Source: Oopsacas minuta (lineage: Eukaryota; Animalia; Porifera). Taken from it: 64,000 nt of DNA. Below are positions 1 through 13,640 of this stretch, piece by piece. Position numbers and translations under genes: made by a program. The number at the start of each line of letters is the position of its first letter. Positions within the stretch are counted from its first letter, which is position 1. The notes below the pieces were generated by a model. That model saw nothing but the letters and a program-made list of their open reading frames with translations, had not been told where the DNA came from and made no database searches. The DNA lies in contig JAKMXF010000022.1 in assembly GCA_024704765.1 (NCBI GenBank), positions 821,055 to 885,054 on the forward strand. Reading direction: 5' to 3'.

Positions 1-519
1 CTAGATTTTGTGAGATTAGACATTTTGATGTTACGTTTAATCAGAGCGGGTTGCACTCAATATACAGGTTCGTGAGAGCATACTCCTAACACTCCCCCCT
101 TATTATTCCCATAAGACTGAATCAGGATATTAACTCATAGATAAATCCCAGCTTAGGCTACGAATAAAGAATTATCAGCTGATTATTTCTAAATTATCAC
201 AATGAATAGCACTTTCTAAAGCAGACATCTCGATCTTGGTTCTCAAACTTCAAACTGAGAGAATTTTATCTAGAACGGTTCTAATTGTGTTTACTTGATA
301 TAAATCAAATGTATGTATATTTCCTATTGAGATGTATGGTATACAGAAAATATCTCTATTATGAACACCTTTGGGTCCAGGATTATATTCTGTGAGAGCA
401 CTTTCGAATTAATAAAATCATAGCATATGGTAAAATCTATTCTCCATACCAAATTTTAATTTTGGCGAAGCAGGTTTAATTATGATCGAATAATATTGTA
501 ATTACTAGTACAAGAGTTT

Positions 520-906
520 CTAAGACATCATTGCATCTTCACAGAAATGTTCTTGTACCAGTTCTAAAATTTTTTCGACTTCATCATCAGAAAACCTTGT
601 GTCACACTCCTCTACCAGAATGTGTAGGTCCACTGGCTTCATGGGACATGTATTCAGAATCTGTAGTTTCTCAGAAGGTTTTAGTTTGAACTTTGCCAGA
701 GTTTGAAGAAATGATTTTATTTTCTCCGGGGTCTGCTGTGCACTTGGACCTTCCGCGAGAAACTTCTCTACATTCTCGGTATTAGTGAACATATGTTCAT
801 TGGAGAATTTGTTCTTAATTACACTCAATTCTATGTTCACTTCTTTAACAACTTGTAATACTTCAAAGTTGCTCAGATATCCTGCATTCTTGTCGAGAAT
901 TTCCAT
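520..906 (-). CDS. CRCP: RNA polymerase III subunit RPC9 / CGRP receptor component (RPC17), intronless
   Basis: 128 aa ORF with N-terminal 'AGYLSNFEVLQ' and C-terminal 'KLKPSEKLQILNTCP...LHILVEECDTRF' (Rpb4/RPC9 HRDC-like fold motifs). Confidence 0.88.
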   Translation of the reverse strand: MEILDKNAGYLSNFEVLQVVKEVNIELSVIKNKFSNEHMFTNTENVEKFLAEGPSAQQTPEKIKSFLQTLAKFKLKPSEKLQILNTCPMKPVDLHILVEECDTRFSDDEVEKILELVQEHFCEDAMMS

Positions 907-1446
907 AATTCGATTCTAATTGCTAAATTACACACACACACGCACTAATATCCATAGTAATTTTGCTAGGTCGACAACATATGTACAATACAATACTAAT
1001 GCTATCCTTAGTGCAGTTACGAATACATATTTTTGTTGTTCGCTCGCTTTGTAAATGATTAATTATGATTTACAACCTGAACCAAATCTAAGGAGGTATT
1101 CATTCTCACAAGGAATTGAGAACATGCTCACTATATAATAAAAAGTCAAGTAAGCATTGCTCAGTAGTCGAATATACATGATCAAATGTACACAGGCCCG
1201 TGGAGCATTCCAAGGAATAAATCTAAAAATATTTAGAATATAGCTTCATGAAATACAATTATGGTCAACTTAAGTTACATCCAATATTCTCGCCAAATAC
1301 CAATAATGTCTCATTCAACCCCCTTTTATCGCCTCAATTCACCCAGAATCAAAACTAACCTGTAGCGAAGACAACTACATATCGTTTACGTACATATATG
1401 AGCTTTAACAAATTACGAATAAATATAGTATTTGCCTAATAGAATA

Positions 1447-2736
1447 ATGACACACAAACCTCGAGTTGCGTATTTCTACGACCCTGATGTAGGAAACTAC
1501 TACTATGGACCTGGTCACCCCATGAAGCCTCATCGTCTGTCCCTGACACACAGTCTAGTACTATCTTACGACTTGTTCCAACACATGGAAATATACCGCC
1601 CTCTCAAAGCTACAGCATTTGATATGTGTACTTTCCATTCAGAAGATTATATTAATTTCCTACAAAGAGTAACTCCACAGAATATTGGAGGATTCACATC
1701 TAGTCGTTTCAACGTAGGAGAAGATTGTCCTGTCTTTCCTGGCATGTTTGATTTTTGTAGTATATATAGTGGAGCATCTCTTGACGGAGCAGTAAAGCTG
1801 AATAACAACCAAGCTGATATAGTTATTAATTGGTCAGGCGGATTCCATCATGCTAAGAAATTCGAAGCATCTGGGTTTTGCTACGTAAATGATATTGTTC
1901 TAGCAATACTGGAGCTTCTCAAGCATCATGCTAGAGTTCTGTACATAGACATAGACATACACCATGGAGATGGAGTGCAGGAAGCTTTCTACTTAACTGA
2001 TCGTGTGATGACGGTATCATTCCATAGATACGGGAATTATTTCTTTCCAGGTACAGGGGATTTGTTTGAGGTAGGGCTAGAGAGAGGCAAGTTCTACTCA
2101 GTTAATGTACCTCTAAAAGAAGGGATTGATGATGAAAGTTTCTTATCTATTTTCAAACCAGTAGTAGAGAAGGTGGTTAGTTTCTACCAGCCGTCTTGTG
2201 TGGTATTACAGTGCGGAGCTGACTCACTCGCAGGAGACCGACTTGGCTGCTTCAATCTTAGCATTAGAGGTCACGGAGATTGTGTAAAGTTTGTTAAGAA
2301 ACTCCATTTACCTCTGCTGGTGTTAGGAGGGGGTGGTTACACGATACGGAATGTAGCTCGTTGTTGGGCATACGAAACTGCACTAATCCTTGGCAAGGAC
2401 ATAGATCATCTCATTCCTACTAATGAGTATTATGATTTTTATGCACCAGATTATTCACTACTACCAGATCTAGTCAGTAACAGTAAGACAGACAACCACA
2501 ATACACGTCAATACTTAGACCTCATTCAACAGAGTGTGACAGAACATCTGAGAATGTTACCTGGAGCACCAGCTGTTCAGATGCAAGAGATACCACCTGA
2601 TTTCTCAAGGTTAGAACTACCCCCAGAAGATTCTACAGACATGGATATCAGATATAATTCCTATGAGAGAGATAAGATAGTCTCATACAATGCAGAGTTC
2701 TATGATTTAGGGAATAAATTCTCTGATCATTCTTAA
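1447..2736 (+). CDS. HDAC3: Class I histone deacetylase, HDAC3 type, intronless
   Basis: '[25 protein letters not shown]', '[19 protein letters not shown]', 'DIDIHHGDG', 'QCGADSL', 'GGGGYT'. First ATG is at 1447; the ORF track starts at TTG 1432. Confidence 0.95.
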   Translation: MTHKPRVAYFYDPDVGNYYYGPGHPMKPHRLSLTHSLVLSYDLFQHMEIYRPLKATAFDMCTFHSEDYINFLQRVTPQNIGGFTSSRFNVGEDCPVFPGMFDFCSIYSGASLDGAVKLNNNQADIVINWSGGFHHAKKFEASGFCYVNDIVLAILELLKHHARVLYIDIDIHHGDGVQEAFYLTDRVMTVSFHRYGNYFFPGTGDLFEVGLERGKFYSVNVPLKEGIDDESFLSIFKPVVEKVVSFYQPSCVVLQCGADSLAGDRLGCFNLSIRGHGDCVKFVKKLHLPLLVLGGGGYTIRNVARCWAYETALILGKDIDHLIPTNEYYDFYAPDYSLLPDLVSNSKTDNHNTRQYLDLIQQSVTEHLRMLPGAPAVQMQEIPPDFSRLELPPEDSTDMDIRYNSYERDKIVSYNAEFYDLGNKFSDHS

Positions 2737-2998
2737 TCACTAAATTGCACTTATGTTGTAATTATTTATTAGAGAATGTATAAATGCAATAGTATTCTAC
2801 CATCTACAGAGGGATTTAGTTACCACTCTATAATGCACTCTATGACTCTACAAAATTTCAGTTTAGCTAATTAACTAAATATCTGTGTTATGCCATACCA
2901 GTGTGTTTAAGAGCTGAGAAGTAGAATTAGTATGATTTCCTATTCAAATGTAATGATTCAGATAAATAACTATTAGATAATAATTAAGTAAGTACTGA

Positions 2999-3323
2999 CA
3001 CAGTAGGTGCCGCATGTAAAAACTTGCCGGTTATAAGACACTAGCTCGATCACCAAATCTTTGTTATTCTACTCCATTGATTTTTGCCGGATATAAGAAC
3101 ACAGGTTTTGGAAGATACTAGATATAATAAACGTATAAACATCCTCTGGACAGAGGTTTCATGTGTGTTAATGTATAACGTAGCCGGCAATACGATAATT
3201 TCAGTTATAAGATCATTTTTTGCTATCCCCAATTGTCTTCCTATACGCGATATTCATTCTATATGACATTCCGGATATAAGATGCAATTCCCGACGATGT
3301 TTTTACAACCGGCATCCACCGTG
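2999..3323. mobile_element. Degenerate pogo/Tigger-like MITE
   Basis: 25-bp imperfect TIR CACAGTAGGTGCCGCATGTAAAAAC vs rc CACGGTGGATGCCGGTTGTAAAAAC (20/25), TA on the right flank, internal CCGG(A/T)TATAAGA repeats. Confidence 0.6.
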
Positions 3324-3447
3324 TAAAAATTTCTCCTATCTTTATTAGGAATTTTGAAGAATAGTAATAGATATACTTAATTATCTCGAATATAATGTTT
3401 GTACCTCAAAGGTTTGTATAGTTTGTATTTATATAAACTTAGCAATA

Positions 3448-3550
3448 CATTGGAACCGGGCCAATACGAACACCATAAGGTCGGTCAAAATTTAATTGTT
3501 TTTGTCCTAAAATTCGAATTAACCGTGTTCGTATTAATGAGGTTCCAGTG
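3448..3550. mobile_element. ~100 bp pogo/Tigger-like MITE
   Basis: TA-CATTGGAACC..AATACGAACAC vs GTGTTCGTATT..GGTTCCAGTG-TA; related to 28494-28594. Confidence 0.65.
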
Positions 3551-4464
3551 TATTTTATTGAACCTTAATAAATGGTTGCGAAAATATTTTATTATGAAAA
3601 AAAGGAGCACTTGTATGATCAAATATATTTAAATTGCTCAACTATGCTGAATAAGTCGTATGCAATTCGTAAACTAGATTATCGCTCAAATAATTTCGCC
3701 TAAAGGTCAGCCGAGTAGAAGTTTGATCACTAAAATTATTAGGCTATGCTATCCGCATAATACATAAACAAACTTAATAAAATCTGAATTGATCGACTGA
3801 GAAATTCCAATTTTGTAATATTAATAATGTAAATAAGAAAAATCACTGAAATTCTAGGACCTCCCATCTGTCTTGAGAACACATGTTATTAAATTCTATC
3901 CCTCTTAGCTTCTATTAGAGTATCCAATTCATTAGACCATATCTGTTAGTTAATTAAACATTCAAACGTCTGTGTTTGTATTACAAATTCAATATTATCA
4001 GTGAAAAATTTGGTATCTAGCTTTCTAACTAGATTAATGTTTCTCGTAAACTTACGTATTTCTGTTTGAACAAAATTCTTTCTAACTAATCCCTCTCACC
4101 AGGTAAACTACCAGTCTATCGTCATGTTGATTCGTCCGTTGACAATACAGACATTCTGGCTTCAGTGGGTTACCCTAATTGCCATTCAACCTGATAGCCA
4201 AACTAAATATATACTGTGTTAATTATGCAATTAGGCATAGTGCAAGTGGTCTATGGAAGAACTCTGACTAGCTAAATCTGCACTCACTATGAATAAATTA
4301 GCAGTATATAATCAGTTATTTTGTGCAGGCAAAATACAATTGTAAATTGAATAGTATTTAAAGACATTTTACCCGCAATAATATCTGTTCACTAAATACA
4401 TTTGTTATAAGAAAGAATCAAGATATTAATAATATACATTTGAATGATTGGATATTCTGATCAA

Positions 4465-7400
4465 ATGTATAAGTTTGTGTTCATCTTCATTTTATTGATT
4501 TTTTTAATTTTCTGTTTTTCAAGTGGTGAGTTATATACTTTCTTGTACATACACGTACTCGAAATGTATTTTATATGTTTGGCGAGCTTATCCTTACTAT
4601 TACTAATTTATGTAAACCACAAGGTAAACTCGCTTATTGCTGATATTTACTCTATGTTGCATAATACGATTGTTGTTAATTAATACTCTGATATCTTTCT
4701 TATGCGATCTGCACTTATTCATATTTCGTTTGAGGGTTGCAATTATTGTCTGGGTGGGAGCCCGTGGGACTAGATACCGAGGTAATTTACTACTACAATC
4801 TTGATTCGAATAATAATTTTGGTGAAAACATATTCCAGCTTAATTTTGATTCATACTTCTGTATTCAGTATATTCACTGAGACACCCTGGGGTGTAATGG
4901 GTCTCCATTCACGCTTATGAAAATAAACGCGCTTTTTAGGTTCGGACTATTTACTCCTTATATATTATCGCTCGCATAACCCCGGAAGTTGTCCATTGAA
5001 CTAAATTAGTTGTTGTCTGGGCTGTGTAATTATTCAACAGCTTGACTGCTTCTCTGTCCAGCTACTCCCCTGCATATTCTGCTTATTTCTGAACTACGAA
5101 TTGGATAAGCAGACCTACAGACTCTGCATATTAGTTGTGGTACAGAGCCAACTCCATGTACGTATTATTGGCAATCTCACCTAGCCGCCTAGAGCATACT
5201 TCCCCTCTTCCGATTTATCTAGTTTATCACAGTTGTCTTGTTCGTCTGGGCGTATATGCACTGATCATTCTATTCTCTATTCTCTATTCCCTAGTCTGGC
5301 ATGAAAAGTGTTATATAAATTGTTATTCTCAATGTACATACACTTTATTCTTTGAATTTGTAATTGATTCGATGCTATTTTAACCAAGTATATTTTCAAA
5401 ATATGTCTTTATTAAAGTGGAAAGCTGCACTCTTGGAGAATATCCCTACCATACAGTAATTCTATCAGAAGATACGTTTGTTACTTACACAGGCTGTGAG
5501 TCTTCTAATGGAGAACTTGTTAACAACTATTTACTACACCTAGAAATTAGCAGAGGTACAGACTCCGTGAAGGTTAGTTTAGTTATGATTATCAATATTT
5601 AATGAGTCTTTCCCTCGCTGCTCCATTACATTAATCTATTATTTGATTAATTAGCAATCAGCTTTATGGAAATTCTAATCCGGTATTTGGAAAATTTTAT
5701 TTTCCATTTCTTATGGTTAAACAAATGTAATATCTACAATATAAACAAATTAGAATTTCAAATTCAACTACCTTACGACAGACAAACGAATAATCGAGAC
5801 TTAATGATACATATACGCGGTCTCACGTATAACTACTATGTATTTCACTCGCCATCATAATTAACTATACCACTTATGAATAGTTAATGTAAATATTCAG
5901 ACTTCGACAGATACGTACTCTAATATAATTCCTATCATATTAGAATATATGAAACGCGGAATATGTCCTACACTGAATGGAGGAGGAATATGTCCTATAA
6001 CAATTTCAGATTATGTCCTCGTGTAACTTATTTGTAATTACAGACCGTCTATTTGTGTAGTGTTGACTGTTGACTCGGGGCATTTCCGAACATAGTTGCA
6101 ACAATTTCCCAATTTGTTGAAAATCGTTTTATCGGTCTACAAAGTTTTGGTTCTATGAAAGTTTTCGTAGGACATATTCTTATATTAAAAGATATATGAG
6201 ACTTGTTCAAAACTTTGAAGTTGTAGGACATATTTCGATATTTTATTGTACTCATTCCGTCTTCTCAGATTATAATATTAGACAAGCAGGCTATATATGG
6301 CTTCTAAGGTTGGTTCTCAGTTCCTACAAAATCTAGAATCTATAGAAAGCGTGTCTAAATTGTCAAAACGGGTCATCCGTATATTGGGTATGAATCCCGG
6401 TCCCATGACATTACAGGGTACCAACACTTATCTAGTGGGTACAGGAGCTAAACGATTACTCATTGACACAGGTAGTCCTGACATAGCTGAGTACCAGTCT
6501 ATCTTGCGTGGTGTTCTAGAGCAGACCGGTATATCCATTGAGAGGATTCTACTAACACATTGGCATAGAGATCATGTTGGGGGACTGAGAGATGTGTTCA
6601 ATATTGCAAAACCAACTCCATTATTACATAAATTTATTAGTAATAATACCAGTGAAGGAGATAATACTTTTCTTCCTGATGGTGCTTCGTACCAATACGT
6701 CTCTGATGGAGACGAGTTTCAAGTTGAAGGAGCTACACTACGCGTTCTGCACACTCCTGGACACACTGATGATCACATGTCTATACTATTGAAGGAAGAA
6801 AATTCTATGTTCTGTGGTGACAGCATCCTGGGCCAACGCTCTACAACTTTTGAAGATCTTAGTTCTTACATGAAATCGCTTGAGTTAATAAAATCATACA
6901 AACCTGAATTACTTTATCCTGGACATGGTATTGTTATCGAAAACGCAGTTACATTTCTCTGTGAATATATACAACATAGGAATTCTAGAGATGAACAAAT
7001 CCTAGAGACTTTAAAGAAATCAGAAAATCCTCTCTTAATTGAAGAACTTCTCTCTGCTATTTACTCAGATATTTCAGATAATCTGCTAATCGCTGCTAAA
7101 AGGAATCTATTGCTACACCTGGGAAAACTGGAGGAAGAAAAACGAATTTGTAAAATTGATAATAAATGGGACATTCCTCAAAATTGATACAATTACCTCA
7201 AATTTATTATTGCGCTTTGTAAAATATGGATTATTGTAGCAATACATTTACAGGCGTCATCGACATAGTTAGTATATTTATTCAGAGACAAGAGTCTACA
7301 ACATGCAGGCAATGTATTTACCATTGTTCTAATTTATGGATTTATACATTAGATAATGTAAGCATCAATTAAATGCTATAAATTATACTGGCTCAGGCAA

Positions 7401-10400
7401 ATTGACTCCAGTCTAAATCACGAATATAGAATTTTAAAACCTTTTTCTTGCAAAGTGATGTTGTTTAATAATTATCCGATAATATTAATTAATAATGTAT
7501 TCAATTCTTTCTAGCTTGATCTACAACCATACTTCATAAAGGAACTTTTCGAAGGCAATGCAAACATTGTGCTATCTACTTCTCAAGCTGTTATATGGGA
7601 TATAAGAACACATCATATAGCTAATCTACAAAATATACATATCCATGTAAGTTTAGAATATAGATTGTGCTTACAATTTACATTCATTCTCTCATTAATA
7701 TTTTAATTATATTCGGGGGAGATTTCGAAGTATACCAACATTATATAATGATAAATATCGATGTATATTATACAATAATCTCAATCTAGTATCACTACAC
7801 TTCTTCAGTAGTAGCTCCATCCGGTATTTCTCTCATTCCTGAGCTAGATATTCCGTCTGATTTTGCAGGGAGCTTACACTGGTCATCACAGGTTTTGGAT
7901 AACTTTATAACTCTAGCAACCACCGCATCTTATGCTAACTATATGTTGCTTCACTTGGGAAATAGTAAGTTCTAGAAACTAAATTAATACTCATATTTTG
8001 AGAGGCTATATTGCCGTGAAGATAATTCAAATTAATTAAATAATTAGTATTACAACACATACAATGTATGGTGAAATTTGTAGATTTTCAGTTTACTGGA
8101 GGTATGGAAACCTGTCAAGAACTGGCAGCTGTCATAAACGACACAGCTGCTCCCCTATTCATCAGCCAACGCCTCAAGGTCTATCAAAGAAATGAAGTAG
8201 CAGAGAGTTTAACTAATAGTGGCTGTGTTAATCAGTTCCAGAGTCAAACGGGAAAATCATTGGTTTGTAATAAAACATACGTAACTGAATTTTATTACTG
8301 AAGTTTATCCTGACATATTCTCTGTACATAATTTTCACATAAATTCATCGAGGGGACTATTTAGGTTATTGGAGTTCTAGTGAACTACACGGCCCCTTCT
8401 TTCAATCCATTCAGTTTTCCTTTTGGGATCTCACAACCAGAAGTCAGACTGTATATCACAACTGATGATCAGATTGAGCAGCAAACAATTGAACTTGCTC
8501 TTATTTCTACTACTGCTATAAAGTGGAGTATATATCAAATTGGATTTCAAGACATTTCATTTAACATTAAGGTACTTGTAACTCCTATCTAGTGATTGAT
8601 CCGGGAGCGCGAAATTTGGATTTATCCCGATGTAGCCATGTAGGTGTTCGAACGAAGAGTATTGTATTATTTCCACACACGTGTATAATATCCTATCCGA
8701 TAGTTTTACAATAACTTTATTTATATCATTTGATAGATGAGTGATGGATCTAGTGTAGATTTTATATCACAATCAGTTAGCTACTTTACAACTCAGGAAG
8801 AGTCTCATTACTCTACAACTCCAATCGATTTGTTGGATCAACTCCTAACTGAGTTCGATCAGGTTAACTTATTTTCCAGCTCAAGCTTAGCAGAGGAAAT
8901 AAATATTAGAGTAATTAAAAACGGTAAGTACTGTTAAGGACAAAATTTATTACATTTTTAGGGGGTAAGATAATACATCAGTGAGATTATCTAATTATAT
9001 ATCCCTTAGAATCAAGTACTGCAGCTGATAACTTTAACAAATTTCTGAAAGAGAGCATTGCTTTTGAGTTCTGCAGTGCAGAAGCATATTTATTCTGTTT
9101 GAATAAATCTACCGTTGGAATATTATCAGAATATTCTTATGAACTTTCTTTCTCTAATGATGCTATATGTCAATCTGTTGATGAGTGAGTTTATGCTATA
9201 AATATTTGTAGAATATATTATTCATTTATATATGATATTATTTTAACATTTCTATACTAGGGAACCAATTCCATGTTCACTCAGACCTTCTCTCACTTTA
9301 ATAAATACTAAATGGGTTTGCTATGAGATAATCACTAATGATCAACCACAAGTAGAGTACTACTCAGTAGAGGTTTGTATAGTGTTTAATAATTATTATG
9401 ATAAAATATTTATTGAACTTAAAAGTATTTGGGTAGTACCTCCGCGATAAATGACATACAGTATTCCTCTGTATTTCCCTTAAGAGTTCGAATCTGGTTA
9501 TATACTATATTTACTATTGATCTCGTTATAGGTAAAATTAAAGTTAATTTCAGGTACTACTTCAAATGGAACTGGTGGACAGAAGAGGTATGTAATACAG
9601 TTAATCATAACTGTTAATATTATGATTATTCATTTAATGCTACAATTATTAGGTCACTACCTGACTCTCCTATTGAGCGAGCTCAAACAATCCTAGGATT
9701 CGTCGGTAGCACAGGAGTGTTAAGTTGTACAAGTACTCCTGATGATCCTACCATTATCCCTCCTAATCAATTATCTATTCAACTATTTAACAGTGATAAG
9801 GAAGTCGTCAGCTATCCTGCTTACATAGAAATGGAACATATTCTACGCACCAACATCAAAATATCAGATGGTTTGTAGAGTATACGTGTTATTGGCGTTA
9901 TTTTGTCTCTGTTTGCTATGGAGTGTAATTTGAATTTGATAGCCGAATTATCTAGCTAATATTGATAAACATTTTAATTAAGCGCCAGTTTTTGTGTCTC
10001 GATGCTCTCTACTTTATGGCGTTTTTAGTAATCAACTAGAAATACTACTAATCATTAAATAAAATCTGATCATATTGCATAATTTACAGATTATTATTGT
10101 AGTATCTCCTGGAATGCTGCCTATTCTTCTCTCCTGCTATCTCAGTACAAGTTCTACTCCAGTAGATCCAACTGATTATCAAATCCCTTTAATGGAGATT
10201 ATTAAAGGAAGGTAAGTAGTACATTAAATTATTTTAAAATATTATCTTATTCTTAAACACTTTTTAATTAGTTGTCCTACCCGAGAAGGCCATTTGTTCA
10301 AACTTTCAGCTAGCTACTACAATTCATATCTTCTAAACGAGTTGTTTCTTCAACTCTCTCTGGTCAACTCAATAGATCCATTCTTAGTGGATAATAGAAG

Positions 10401-11166
10401 AGGGAGAGCTCAATTAATAGATAAATCATATTTGCATTGTCAGCCCAGTCTATGTCAGCTAGAATCTAGCTTAGAACAGAGAAACCTGAATACAGGATAT
10501 CCAATGGTGAATATAGTAAAGTAATTGAAATGTATACTGTAGATCTGGAAATTTTTGTATCCAAATTTTCGTTGGTCGAGGATTCGTGGCCTTCAAAACT
10601 CAGTGTATGACGAATATTTCTCATGATTACAAAATCACGAAAATATTCTGACAAATTTTCAGATCTGCGGTATTTGACATGCTATTATTCCTAGTGTACT
10701 AATCTCACTTCACTCTGTCATATCTCAAATGCTGGAGACACACAATTACAGAGTCTTTTCCCTAAATTGTTTGCATCTCCCTTCATATCAACAGGAAAGT
10801 TAGTTTTCAATACTTACAACCGGCCTATCTCTTCTACCCCCGGTTGGACACCTCCTTCGGGTTGGACACCTCCCCCCTGTGCTAACAACTCAACTACTGC
10901 TTATCCTGAGCCAACTTCATCCGTTCATTGTAACTTCCAACAATCAGGTAATTATATTCTATTTCCTTATATAGCTTATCCAAGTATTTGTTTTATCTAT
11001 GAATCGCATTTTAGTTTACACTGTCTGGCCGCTATTCTTGGTGTTCTTTGCAATGATGCCGCTAACCTATACCTGTGGTGGATTAATGTTCTGTTTATTA
11101 AACAGATGTTCAAAACAATCCAATAAATCTACGAAATCAAAGAAGCATAGACTCACTAATGAGTAG
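4465..11166 (+). CDS. Orphan type-I single-pass membrane protein, 16 predicted exons, ~838 aa
   Basis: Manual GT-AG splicing gives a continuous, phase-consistent frame: 4465-4525, 5418-5572, 7515-7646, 7790-7964, 8084-8280, 8365-8571, 8737-8923, 9010-9184, 9261-9372, 9426-9531, 9554-9587, 9653-9870, 10103-10211, 10272-10515, 10695-10947, 11015-11166 (2517 nt). Signal peptide MYKFVFIFILLIFLIFCFSSG; TM segment VYTVWPLFLVFFAMMPLTYTCGGLMFCLL; basic tail NRCSKQSNKSTKSKKHRLTNE*. Confidence 0.7.
6297..7187 (+). CDS. LACTB2: Endoribonuclease LACTB2 (metallo-beta-lactamase fold), intronless
   Basis: 'ILGMNPGPMTLQGTNTYLVG', HxHxDH motif 'THWHRDH', 'TPGHTDDH', 'LYPGHG', C-terminal winged helix 'HLGKLEEE'. 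Confidence 0.92.
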   Translation: MASKVGSQFLQNLESIESVSKLSKRVIRILGMNPGPMTLQGTNTYLVGTGAKRLLIDTGSPDIAEYQSILRGVLEQTGISIERILLTHWHRDHVGGLRDVFNIAKPTPLLHKFISNNTSEGDNTFLPDGASYQYVSDGDEFQVEGATLRVLHTPGHTDDHMSILLKEENSMFCGDSILGQRSTTFEDLSSYMKSLELIKSYKPELLYPGHGIVIENAVTFLCEYIQHRNSRDEQILETLKKSENPLLIEELLSAIYSDISDNLLIAAKRNLLLHLGKLEEEKRICKIDNKWDIPQN

Positions 11167-12291
11167 ATAGATAAATATCGAATTTGATTATTATATTCTC
11201 TTTTCAAGCTTTTCTACTTTCTACAACCAGCTATCAAGCCTTTTAACTTTCAGAATGTAATCAAGACAGCCTCACATATCTATATTTATGTAAATGTGTT
11301 CCCTAACCCTTGCATCATTTTGTAAGTATCTACATGTGTATATATACAGACATACAATTTTCATAATTTCATACCAATACAACTACCCCATACATGTGAA
11401 ATTATTTGTAATTATTTCTTGTAGTATGCCTGTTCTGATGTTACTTTTTTCTTTAAGGTGTCAAGGAAGGAATTTAGTTCAAATTTCTGGGTCAATTCCT
11501 ATTGGCAACATTTGAAAAATGTTTTCGTGAAAAGTCGTTTACCAAAAAAGGGAGTAAATTTTTTTCGATTTCAGAATGAAGATCTACTGTACTGTATGCG
11601 TAGATGGTTCTTGTGATAAAATCTTTGAGGAAAATATTCACAAAATTAGCGTTCATCCGAAATTCCGATAATACATTTACACTTTGTATAGTTCCTTTAA
11701 TAATTCTTCAATTTTACATCAATTAATGCGAATCACAAATATTGCGAAGAAATATCATATTTTGTCCTATTATCATTAATTGTGTAATTTACTAATTATA
11801 ATTAGAACTCGAAAAGGAGAAATGGAAGTATAAACTTCTATGGCAAACCCATTATAATTAATAATTTAAATTAGTAAGTCTGATAATTTACAGAATATTT
11901 CCCTGACAAAGAGCATAACAATGAGTTAATTACTATACTGGAGAATATTTGCTTTGATTCGGAGCTCCGTGTTTCTGAGTTAATCTTGTCACACTAAGTA
12001 GTTGAGTACTGTAACCCTATAAGAAGTTAATAACAAAGAAAATATATGGCAGTGAGAGAGTTAAATATTCTTTGATAGAATCCGTTACAATATCCCGATC
12101 ACTTCACAACAACTTAAAAATACAGTGAAATAATCTTACATTGTATTGTTAAGAAGCTATGTTCAGAGGTTTACAAGTTATAGACTTGTAGCTAAAAGTA
12201 TTTTTCTGAAGAAACGTTTTACATTGTAATAATGACTTCTTCAAAGAATAATTGATAAATATCATTTACACCATGACTATGTATTCACTTG

Positions 12292-12735
12292 GGGGCGCAG
12301 CATTTGTTAGAATTTGGAAGTTGTCATTTGTTAGTATCATGCAAACCTTCACTTGTTAGAATCATTTATTGAGGTAACCTTGCAGTTTGTCGTAGTTGTA
12401 TAAAATTCAAGATCAGGTTGCTTTATTTATTTGTAGACAATACACTTAATAATTAAATAAGTAAACGTACTAGCAATGTAAGTACAGATACAATAACAGC
12501 GTAACAGTACGAAAAAAACTAATAATATTTGAGTACGCTCGTTCGGATAACTGGTGTGGTATTTGATTGGACTATCGTATCAATACAAATGAGGAAGCGC
12601 TTGAAAATTGCGACAAAAGAAGACAAATTATACTGATTCTAACAAGTGAAGGTTACCTCAAAACTGATTCTAACAAGTGAAGGTTTGCATGATTCTAACA
12701 AGTGACAACTAAATTCTAACAAATGCATGCGCCCC
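12292..12735. mobile_element. Mutator-like MITE with long TIRs
   Basis: ~75-bp inverted repeats (12292-12366 / 12662-12735) starting GGGGCGCA and built of ATTCTAACAAGTGA units; 9-bp flanks ATTCACTTG / ATTCACATA (7/9). Confidence 0.65.
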
Positions 12736-13076
12736 ATTCACATATTGAAATTATACCTCAATGGATTGACCACGGATAAGATTATCATAAATTGATACTT
12801 CTAATGTACATAAGTATATCACAATCTGAATACCAAAGGACAGTAGATATTTCCACTCATAAAATGCACTCAAATTTACGTGTTTTACGATATTTCTTGT
12901 TTTGTCTTTTCGGGCGAAATTTGTGAATTCTTCATAAAAATATGTGAACCCCAATAGACTGATCCAGAACCGTGGAAGGGATCTGGAAGCCCCCTACTCC
13001 TCCCCCGTCCCGTCTCGACCTCAGAAATTTGGCATTCAGTCGCTGAGTAACAAACATAAGCACTAGAATTGTCTCA

Positions 13077-13640
13077 CCTGTCCCTTTAGTATAATGAGTA
13101 GTAGTAGCAGTAGGAGGAGGAGGAGTGTTCTGTACAATACTACCTTCACTGGGTTGATAATAATAAACTATTCCTCCTTCTGGTGTGTAATAACCATACG
13201 TTCCTTCTGAAGTAGCTTTATCAATGCTAGAATTCGCAGTCGTGTTGGTGGAATTAATTTGCAAAACTGTAGTAACTGTAGAAATAAACTCGTTGAAACA
13301 TTCATATACAAAGCTCATTGAAATGTTTACATCCAAATATGCTAATAATTACACCATAAGCTATGGCCCTACCTTTGGAATTAGTATCTATTTTAACCCT
13401 CTTAGATTCAAGTGGCGTGAGTTTGTAAGGAGTATTATTTGGTTTCTGTTCTGAGATAGTCAGTTCTCCACTGTTGTATCCTGACAAAACAGAGAAATCT
13501 TACGAATAAAAACATAATTATTACACAATTTTAAAAAATATTAATCCTCTTGAGTGTCCAGGTTACCATAACTTACGAATCTATTCTCTATCCATACACA
13601 CAAAATACACCTGTATTGCTGAGCTCGTTGATATCTAGAG
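13077..13640 (-). CDS. Possible exons of an unidentified gene (Thr/Pro/Tyr-rich, possibly extracellular)
   Basis: Coding-like open frames 13302-13487 and 12932-13336, with plausible acceptor (cag|13480) and donor (13077|gtgag). A full gene model could not be built. Confidence 0.25.

Noticed and set aside
6297-7187. Beta-lactamase / antibiotic-resistance gene or bacterial contamination
   Set aside because: The motifs match eukaryotic LACTB2, and it is embedded among spliced animal genes.
8962-10174. Alternative acceptors at 8962 and 10090 in the orphan gene, the latter giving an Ig-like 'DYYC' motif
   Set aside because: Both hit in-frame stops; the acceptors at 9010 and 10103 keep the frame open.
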